A stretch of DNA of 63,998 nt, the filler included, from Dirinaria sp. TL-2023a (taxonomy: Eukaryota), in the NCBI GenBank assembly GCA_051941275.1. It is 4 parts of 4 records of this genome, joined end to end, with 100 filler letters (N's around TTAATTAATTAA, not from the genome) between each part and the next. Parts side by side here need not be neighbours in the genome. Positions count along the whole stretch, not along the records: positions 33,331 to 49,884 come from JAVEBF010000485.1; 3 more parts are not named here. One strand, written 5' to 3'. Shown here one piece after another: positions 37,047-46,312 of this stretch (within the stretch, counting starts at the first letter, position 1; each line of letters starts with the position of its first letter). Under the pieces are notes generated by a model. It worked only from the letters and a program-made list of their open reading frames with translations, searched no databases and had not been told where the DNA came from. The translations under genes were made by a program, and so were the position numbers.

Positions 37047-38365
37047 TCAAGCTCTGCGACTATGTGAGTATGGTACTGCTAACACTGATTTTGGGTACAC
37101 TGGTGGATGCTGTCCATCAGGAATCTCCACTTGATCAGCATAGTAAGAGCTCTTCCAATCCGTCCAAGTTGCCTCAATAGCTGGCAAAACTGTGCGCCCG
37201 TTGTTTTGGAGCTTAGCATTGGGCACCGGCAGAGGGACATCTGTGTTCTTGCTGTTGAAAAGCCCAGGATAGGACGAATTCGGGAAGACCGTGTTCAAAG
37301 CAGATTCCTCCCACTCGCGGATTTTATCACCTGTCTGGCTTCCCACGAGCGAAAAGACGTTGGCGCCGACGTCCCAGCGGCCGAGAGTGTGAAGATTCCA
37401 GTTGGCTTCTACCGTGGCGATTTCGGAATAGTGATCATGAAAGTTGCTGTCTGTTGTCCCCACGAGGTCTGAAGGCACTGCATCCCTGAGAAGAATGGCA
37501 AGAACACGGTTTTGTGTGGTGTAGGTGTGGTTCTCGTCAAAAGTAATGAGCACAAGCGTGTTCTTCATGAAATTCTGATTGGTTAGCAGAGGCTCGACAA
37601 AGGTTTTAGTCCATGTGCCTGCAGTGGTCACCGACGTGTCGTGGCCATCGCTCGCTGATTTTTTCTCAGCCTGTGATTATAGGACAACGGCTTGGGAAGA
37701 CTGACTCATATTGGGGGTAATGGGTATCCACTGGGGGAGCTTACTATTCGCTAGACCATCGTAAAACAAGGTAAGATTTTTAATGTTGGCCAAACGCTCA
37801 GGGTTCTCGTTCACAGATTCGTAGATGATGGTCGGATCCAGGGTATGTTGGCCAAGTTACCAATATGTGACTGGAATATACATACCATGCGTTCTAACAT
37901 AATCCTTTTGATGAGTCCGCTGGTTAATCCAAGCAAACCCTTCGAAACCAGTATGAAGCATATCTTCCTGGTAGTGACCCCAGCTTATGCTTTTATCTTC
38001 TAACAGATCGATGACTGACGAGATGTTCATGAAGTTGTCGTTGTCCATACCGAAGTATTCGCCGCCAATAGAAGCGACGTAGTTCGGCCCGCTGTGATGA
38101 GTGACGCCACTGTGACTCTAAGTCAGCCTCGTTCGATATACTCAGAGTCACGCACGTACAAGTAGTCGGAAAGCGTCACTCCTTGAGCGGCAAGGCTTGC
38201 CAGATTCACTATCGAGATAAATAACTGAGCCCAGTCCGTTCAGGTATTACTTACGATCATCGACAGCTTTATCAAAGTCGGTGTTCTCCAGCCATATAGT
38301 GGCAGTTCGGTCGAAAAACTTGCCCTTGACATTGCTAGTTGGGCTATGTGTCACAGCTGTAGATG
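37047..38365 (-). pseudogene. Acid phosphatase (phosphoesterase family), probably pseudogenised; 5 exons
   Basis: Recognisable motifs are SPTSNVKGKFFDR..IWLENTDFDKA, THHSGPNY (vs THPSEPNY), YVRTH (vs YVRKH), ITPNM|TSDGHDT, ITFDEN and DHYSEIATVEANWNLHTLGRWD. There is no in-frame start or signal peptide, and the third intron acceptor reads CTGG instead of YAG. Confidence 0.8.
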
Positions 38366-38598
38366 TGCGCTGCCACCATTGCCACGAGCTATTCTTCAGC
38401 GGCTTCGTGCCACTTTTCCCGTATATGCTTGTGGGTGAAAATGAAGTTTCGAAGGTTTGGGTTGAGTATTTGTGTCATGGTGGTAGCGCTGTTTCTTTCC
38501 GGATTTGCAAAGACTTGCGTAGTTAGAGGGTTGAGTACGTCCCGCGATAGAACGGACAGCATGCGAGGAGGGTTTCAGATGCTTTTTGTTGGAGGTAT

Positions 38599-38623
38599 AG
38601 CAGCAGCAGCAGCAGCAGCAGCA
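38599..38623 (+). repeat. (AGC)8 microsatellite
   Basis: Read directly: agcagcagcagcagcagcagcagca. Confidence 0.9.
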
Positions 38624-39031
38624 ATGGGCCTAGTAAAATCTGTTAGCCAGATGGTTAAATCGTTGAATAAGCCAGTTTGGACGGTGATGAATTCTAATAT
38701 ATGTCGATATTGTGTTGCTGTCTGAATCACCACATTCATGCCGAAGGTTGCATGGTAAAATTTTTGGCATCTCATTCAGCGTGAGCCCAAGGACAAGGTA
38801 TGTTCACGACTTTTTGACTTTGTCGAAATCCAGATTTCCTACTGAGCAATATGTAGAGTTGTAGCTCGGAGAGGCGGGGGCTATGCGCCGTTACCCTGCA
38901 AAAATCGTTGCTGCAAGTATAATATGTATAATTGTTCCAATCTTTATAAAAATACAGAAGTCATCCTCTTCCATGATAGAAATAGTTCCGCGGTGGCGCT
39001 ATTCCTAATGACTGTGTCTCCAGTATTGCGC

Positions 39032-39407
39032 TTAGAAAGCTTGGACACCGCCCCAAGACCATCTCCTCAATGTCTCCGAGTTTATGACTATCTTTGGACT
39101 CTCCTCGGCAACAACGCTTTTCCTCTGCTGGGTCATAGCTGCATGTCTGGCCACCTCTTTCCTTTCCGCGCGTCTGAAGGCAACTATAGCGCATATTAGC
39201 GTTCCTGAGATTGAGGATGCGCAGCCAGAGAAGTCGAACAAAAGAAGACTGACTCCGCCAGATCAGCAAGTAGATGGTCATGCTCAACACAAAGACCGCC
39301 ATGAAGCCTAACATGACACCGACCTCATGAGCTGTGTCGGGTCCAGCATGATAAGGTATGTGGGGTCCATGGGGGTTTGTATGAGGGTCTCCATTGGCTT
39401 CTGCCAT
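39032..39407 (-). CDS. Small single-pass membrane protein (2 exons, intron 39184-39253)
   Basis: MAEANGDPHTNPHGPHIPYHAGPDTAHEVGVMLGFMAVFVLSMTIYLLIWR|IAFRRAERKEVARH...: a His-rich N-terminus, a TM helix and a basic cytoplasmic stretch. The GTCAGT...GCTAAT...TAG intron restores the frame. Confidence 0.72.
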
Positions 39408-40645
39408 GTTTCCTTCCGGGAATTTTGCGATTGAGTCGCGGGGCGAAGCTAGGGCGCTTTTCGTGGAACAGCCAGCTTCGATAAAGATTTGATTATTTGT
39501 CGGAAGCAAGACTCATGTCAGATCACATCGACAGAGGGCAAGTTGGTGCTTCCAAAGGAACTGGACGGTAGGCTCGGCAAGGGTGGAAGCTGGAGGAGGA
39601 TCGCGGGCATGTCGCAGCGACATTACGACCGTCATTGCTGCAATAACCACGGATCAAGCCTTTGTGAGACACGCGGCCAGGCTACGCCGGAGAGATAGTG
39701 GGAAGGGAGGGGAAACCAACAATTGGTGACGATATTCGCCAAGCCCAGGGATGTGCAGTCAGGCTTTTTGCAAGGCAGCGCTAAGCCGATGCCTGACGAA
39801 GCCAGGATTTGGCACAATTGAATCATGCTGGACTTTTGACAGTATGTAAGCGTGCGACTATATCCTCATACTTGACATAGCGACCAGGAGAGCGATCAGT
39901 GCTCTGACGAAACAGTGACTAGGAGGAAATGGTGAGAGCATTTTTATATTTTATGTAAGCTGATGCCAAGACCCTAGGCCACATCGAGGAATACTAGATC
40001 CGTGGCGAGTGATTAGTAATAGTACGACAGGTGATCTCGTGATCAAGACGTGTTCAGATGCCTCAGAAAAGCTGTTACCTGATACATGTCGTGCATGCCA
40101 TCTCTGCAACATATTTGATCTGATGTCTTGCTTGATAAAATCCAAACAACAGCTGTAGTTACGACAACACCAGCCCATGCGGTAGGTCCACACGCCAAAT
40201 CGGTCTATTGATCCAACTCTACCATGACGAGAGGAGCAAGAGATCCTGTCGCAGCTTCTGGAGGTACTTGTTGGGGGCAGGCGTTGGGCGCAAGGAAATC
40301 CATCGTCAAGCTCAATTCCTTCCTGTCCCTGTATCATAGCAAGTCTGAAGATAAATCGGCGCTTGCTTGCAGTTTTGCCGCGCTCCGTAGAGCAACCATG
40401 GGTCCAAGCGACAGTGTTGAGGCGGTGAGACGGTGGCTTCAGCGCTACGAAAATCTCTTAGTCGCAACCTTGTCTACCTTTCAAAACTTTTCAAAACTTT
40501 CTAGGGACCCTCGAACCAAAGCCTTGTTCTCAAAACCTGAGCCAATTAAAAGAAAAAGCGGTCGTGACTATTCATGATGTATGCAAATATGTATTCCCTT
40601 CCTATACTTGGAGCGACGGGCTAAGCCGTTGTAGTTGACTCCGAC

Positions 40646-41296
40646 ATGCCACGGAGCGGATATAAGCCCATCTACTGCTCTAGATGCTCGAAGCACTTTG
40701 GGTCCGTAAAAGCGAGAGAGCAACACTATACCGACTCAACAAACCACTGGCAATGCCTAAGGCTCCGCTGCAACTCAGACCTTTTCAGCCGAGACGACCT
40801 GCGCGAACATCTTTGGGTGGATCACGGTTGGTGCGATTTGTGCCACGATTACTTCACTTGTCAGGACGACTTTCGAGACCACCGTATCAACTGGCATAAC
40901 ATGTGTCACATCTGCGATGACATGTTCGATTCGCGAGCAAATTTGAAAGCTCATCTAGGCTGGCACCGACCACGGAATATTGAGTGCTATGGCTGTGAGA
41001 AGCGATTTAAATCGCTATCGGCTATGGTCTTGCACTTAGAATATGGTGGCCAATGCGACAGTGGAAGCCACTCGCAATTCGTTCAGCAGACCGCACGGGA
41101 ATGCTACGCTTACAAAAAGTACCGGAATACCGGAAGCAACAGCGATTACTTCCCCTTTGAATGTCCTGACTGTGGTGTGGTATTCGCGCATATGAGCGGA
41201 CTGCTGCAACACGCCGAGAGTGAGCGATGCGAGGTAGGAATGGGACCGGGAACGCCTCTTGGGAGGTTCTTGAGGTTTTTATGGCATAGGGTTTAG
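40646..41296 (+). CDS. Multi-C2H2 zinc-finger protein
   Basis: Repeated CxxC...F...H...H units, with family motifs FKSLSAMVLHLEYG.C and FECPDC...F..MSGLLQHAES..C. A probable 5'UTR intron lies at ~40579-40634. Confidence 0.88.
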   Translation: MPRSGYKPIYCSRCSKHFGSVKAREQHYTDSTNHWQCLRLRCNSDLFSRDDLREHLWVDHGWCDLCHDYFTCQDDFRDHRINWHNMCHICDDMFDSRANLKAHLGWHRPRNIECYGCEKRFKSLSAMVLHLEYGGQCDSGSHSQFVQQTARECYAYKKYRNTGSNSDYFPFECPDCGVVFAHMSGLLQHAESERCEVGMGPGTPLGRFLRFLWHRV

Positions 41297-41668
41297 TTGA
41301 AGGGCAAAATATGTAAGACGGATGATCCAGTTTAGATTCGCCTGGCAGGATGTAATTGATCTTTCGAAAGAGATGGATGGAAAGTATGTAATGCTGCCAA
41401 ACAAAGTCGCAGTTGACCGATATGTCGCCCATTGCTTTGATTTTCGCCAGAAAACTTCTTTTTTCTTCCTTTTTCTTCCAGCGATCTCGTAAGGCGGAAA
41501 GCAAAATTCCGATTCTTGAAGCATGCAGCTTAGCAACAAATGGCGACAATGCGATCTGCTATTCAATGCAACATGGTCTACAGGTTCGTTTCCAAAGGCA
41601 TGGAACTCTCTGTTCTTGATATTTCAAATGCCATTTTGACGAAGCGACACGAATAGGTCCGTTGACAT

Positions 41669-42131
41669 TCACGTCGTTGTATCGAATACCGTCACCATCG
41701 TGGCCGGGAACATCGTAAACGTGCTCCTCTCCGAGAACTTGGCCTCATCCGGCGCCAGCTTCTCGAGGTACTCCGGGTCCTGAAACACCTCGCGAATCTT
41801 ATCCTCCGACGCCGCTTCCAGGACAACTATGCCGTCATAATCTGTGACCGCGTGACCCGCGTCTTTCCATGACTGCGCGGATTCCTTGTCGACGTGGACC
41901 TATGGTGGGGGGTAGAATAGCTTGTCAGTTACGACTTCTGGTATCTGGAGTACGAAGAAGGAGGAGTGGTCGCGGTACCTGCTCGTATTTGAGGATGTTC
42001 TTCTTGAATATCGGGAGTGAGTCGCAAACTTTGGGGTGGGACTCGCGCCAGTATTTGTCAAAGTCTTGGAAACTCATGCCTTTTTTCCGGTGGAAGAGGA
42101 TCATGAGGCGGACGCGGTGGTTGGCAGGCAT
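41669..42131 (-). CDS. EthD (dimeric alpha-beta barrel) domain protein, 2 exons
   Basis: RKKGMSFQDFDKYWRESHPK...ILKYEQ|VHVD...DYDGIVVL...FQDPEYLEKLAPDEAKF, the typical fungal EthD signature. Confidence 0.9.
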
Positions 42132-42960
42132 CTTTGACTGGGTGCGAAGTAGAGCGTACGGAATCCAGAATCCCGAATTCCTGGATATCAGGTTAGCGAA
42201 GATTGAAGGAGTTTGAAACTGGGCTCAGCAACCTTCGTTGCTCACAATAATAATGACATCACGACTTTTACGGTGAGAAACAGATGTGACCAACCATGCC
42301 GGTGCAAGCCCAAGTGGAAATGCTCCCACGGCCGTATCTCCGAATTACATCGAGGCCAAGTCTTCTCATGAGGGAATCTCGACCTGCGAGGCTTGCACCG
42401 ATTTTCTCGACCCTTCCTTACTTGCTGTGCACGGTAAAGAACTAAAGACCCTCACGTTACAAAGCTGAAATGTGTTGGCGTCAAAATTCGATGCTCTATA
42501 ATCTCTCGTCAATACTGGACGAGAATTGATGGTTGAAAACATTGAATGATTCGCAAATCTTGTAGCATTTGCTCAGTCTGTCTTAGATTGAAAACAGATC
42601 ATGAATTGATGGAACGCGAATTTCCATGCGAAGATATTTGACCTCCTAAATCGTCCAGGTGTGCGATCGCTGGTCCGTGATTGGCGATGAGGCAGCTCTG
42701 CAAGGCTACTGTTGCCCGGCAGAGACTCACTGCGCCACAAGCAAGCCCTGATCTCTGTGATTGCGTCTCATGTCACCGATTGGTCTGGTCAATGATCGTT
42801 GCGGCGAAGTGACAGGGGCCTCGAGCTAGCGATCTCCTCCGAAAGAGAGGGACCCATCGCAGCAAATTGCCCAATGCGACATCGACACAAAGCTGACAGT
42901 GTAACACGATAAATCCGCTCGGAAGTAAGCAGCGCCTCCCTCCCAAAAAGCACACAACCC

Positions 42961-44116
42961 TTACACCTGCAAACCTCCACCCCCCAAAGGTAGCGCCTTC
43001 GGCACGACGTCTGCAGCGCCCGCGGCCTCAATATCCCTCTCCCAAGGATTACGCTCCTCTTCCTTACGGTGAAATTGCTCGAATTTAGAATCATTCATGT
43101 TGCCCCCTTTGCTCATAGAAGCCAACTTCTTCCATTTGCGAAGCCGGTATTCCTCGCTATCGTAAGGCGGTTGGGCAGTCACATGGCGATATAGGCGTGG
43201 CAGCACGAATAGGCAGCTGACCATGAGCCCTGCGGCGAGCTCGGTGACGCCAAAACAACATGCTTGCATCTTTACATACGAAAAGTCCTGATTTTTGAGC
43301 AATAGGACCGCCCAGATCAAGCGGAAAATGGAGAAGACGATTGCCCTGTGCAGCTCCGTTAGTAGAAGTCTCAATTCTCGGAAGTTCTTTGGGTAATGCT
43401 CACACGCCTCCGGTTGCAAAAACGGCCATCATGCCAAGTCTTCGGCCTCTGGACATTTGCAAATGCCAAATCTTCCACAAAGGAGCTGAATACATTGCAA
43501 TGTCCGAACATACATTGAACACGCCCGAGATGATGTAAAGATCAAAGATTTGTAGGCACGAGCCGGGACTCTTAGGTTGCCAGATCTTCATGCGAGGATG
43601 ACATTCAACGATCGGAATGATGAAGTAGATCGTGTAGAAGATTGTGTTGAGGATGTTCAGACCTTGCAGGACCCAATAGAAGGGATCTCGCTTCGTTGGG
43701 CAGAAGATTCGTATGACGAGGAGGATGATTGAAATCTTGGTGAAGCCGACTGCTGGGCTATACATCAAGTCGGAGAAGTTGTAGTAAAAGTACTGCTGCG
43801 CCATGTCTTGAGTGGTGAGATTCCATTGATGCGCTCCTGCCTTCGCGTCGACGACCTCAAAGATCAGGGCAATGAAAGCCGCATAGAAAAGGAAGCCAAG
43901 GACACAAGTGTAGTCCTCCCACCTAAGTTTCTTAACGACAACGATCTTGGTGTAGAGCCGCAGAGCAAGGAGAATGCTTGCTGCGACAAGTCCTAAAGAG
44001 GACGTCACTATCCAGTAAGGTCGAACAGTAAAGGGATCTTGAAAGTCAGGAGTAACGCCTGGAGGTGGCTTCAAAGCTACATCGGACGGGCTGATGATGG
44101 CGTAGGTCTGAGACAT
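42961..44116 (-). CDS. PTH11-like (rhodopsin-domain) integral membrane protein, 2 exons
   Basis: PPPGVTPDF leader, LRLYTK...WEDY, GAHQWN, TKISIILL..RIF, CHP..KIW....GSC, NVCSD....PL.KIWHLQM and E...GLMVSCL.VLP. Confidence 0.9.
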
Positions 44117-44647
44117 GGCAGCCACATGAGATTAACAGCCCTTAATGATTTTGGTCGAGCACTTGAAAAGCTTGAGAGAGGTCTAACGTCTGCCTCAGAA
44201 GAGTGGGGAATGAACATTGATTTTAAGGCGAGGCGAAATGGTCATTGAGCAGCCGCTCCCCAGAGTCAGAGAAGCTGCGCACTGCCGTATTTGTGGATTG
44301 ATGCCCAGTCGCATTTCCTGCATGCTCCAGCTGTGCCGTACACCATCGTGCCATGTGGACATGTTCAATCGGCTGACAGATCTCTTGGGTGTCCGTTCTG
44401 AGGTCGCACGACTTATATATCCAGGTAAGCACGCAGCTTCCTTTGAATGAAATGATTTGATAATGTGCGAGGAAGGGCAGTGAGGCATTCGGACATCTGC
44501 CCACAGCGACTTAGCCTGTCAGCGGGCATGCACACAGTCCTGAAGTAAGGTAAGATCTGCAGGAGCCCTAAAATTTGGAGGGGCCTTGCGATCTCAATTA
44601 CACCAAATTTTATTTGAGGAGACATGATTTGCCTTCGATCTCAATGA

Positions 44648-45170
44648 TCAGCTCTGCAGCCATTTCTCACGTTTGAAGCATAAGAACGCGGAACGAGTGC
44701 CTTCTCTTGGTCGCTTGAGTACCTGTCGCATTCCTGGAAGCTCAGGCTGAAGCCGCTTGCCGGAATCTGGGGTTGTGCCCTGGTCAAGCTGGATGTAGTA
44801 CTCGGATTGTGTAGCGCTGGCTGGCTTACTAGTTGTATTGGCTCGTTGTTTGAGCGACGGGTTCTACATCAAGCGTTGCTTGCATCAGACCAGCGAGCAG
44901 ATAGCGACATCTTTGCTTGAAAACATTGAAGGACGCCAAGCTCATCTGCTCTAAGAGGTGCGAGAGAACACGATTAGTCAACAGTGGTGCATCGGTAAAT
45001 ACCTCGGCGTGAACATAGACAAGAAGCAATAGGGCTTCGTAGACGTAAGGCTGGACAGTAGATGGTCGCGATATCGTGGGTAGCCAATCTGGCGAGCTGA
45101 TGCCTACGCGTACAATCGATGAGAGCGCGACCTCCATAGATGGAATCGAGTCGTAAAAGTGGAACCGAAA
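44648..45170 (-). pseudogene. SEC5: Isolated, frameshifted C-terminal fragment of exocyst subunit SEC5
   Basis: VQPYVYEALLLLVYVHAEV...VLSHLLEQMSLA.F..FKQR.RY.LAGLMQATLDVE.VAQT.SQY, then after a +1 frameshift (~44833) TSKPASATQSEYYIQLDQGT...RLQPELPGMRQVLKR.REGTRSAFLCFKR. This matches the fungal Sec5 C-terminus as I recall it. No upstream body of the gene is present. Confidence 0.8.
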
Positions 45171-46312
45171 CCCGACCCAACGGTCAGTCTACTTAGGAGG
45201 CGATGAAGAGTGAGTGCTCACCCCAAATGAGGTGTGCGGCATCCAAGTGCGAGTGACGATCACCCTTGTTGTGCGCTAAATAAAGCGGCAGCCTCGAGCG
45301 AGCGTCGACTGAGCTGGGGGGCAGATTTCTGTCTTCTTTGGATGCCAAGACTACGATACTCTGCCTCGATATGGTCTAGGACGTTGAACAGCAAGGCTGC
45401 TAGCGAGTTGGATAGCGGATGATGTGACCAGGCTCTCATATTGTAGTGCCATGCTTCCGAAACATATACTCACTGTGAATGGGAGCTTCCAGAGGCAAAC
45501 AGAATGTGGTCAATAAATTCCACAGTCTGTGAGTCTCAACCAAGTTCCTTTGCTCGTAGGCCAGAAGGTTGGCTGCATGTGTCAGGGGCGCGCGAGATCA
45601 AGGCAACTCTTTACTCTCCGCTGTCATGTTTCACGCTAAAACTTGGCGCGATCGCTTATGCCACGAAGTCACAGCGCTAAATGCCACTAAAATTTTATCC
45701 CGCCTTGACCTGAAGACTTAAAAACATACTATCATAAGGTAGGTACCTTACCTTAATGCACCCGAGCTACTGTTACCTACTGTCCTGTCGGTATCTACTG
45801 TACACACCTTACCTTAGGTAGGTACATCACTGTACGGATTGAAGTTGTACGGACTATCCTCATCAATGATGGCCTGAACCTGTGAGGATGCGAAGCTACT
45901 GTCGCGTCCTCAAGAAGGCCTCTGTGCCCTCGATCACCATTTCTCACTTCACGACGTGTCTTGCACCTCGAGAACATTACTCTGAGCATGCAGATATTAT
46001 TGCACGCGGAAAAGAATATTGACTATTGCTAGCCTCGTTAGCGCATCCCACGGTGGAGATTTAACAATGTCGATCAGGCCTCCCACTTACGGCTCGGTAA
46101 GCCTAAATTCAGCTACTGTACGGGAGCCGCCTAGCTTTCAGCTCGCAGAAACTATGCGATGAAGTCTCCAGGATTTTCATTCTGATTTCGACAGCTTCGA
46201 CACCTCAACTCTCTTTACAGCACGCATGTACGACGCAACGTAAACAATTTGAACGCACTTCCATTACTGCTCATGTGATGGAATTTCTGGAAACCGCAGG
46301 TTCGCTCTAGCG

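Noticed and set aside
39951..40337. Possible MFS transporter relic on the minus strand
   Set aside because: Only a vague hydrophobic stretch with stops; too weak to support by eye.
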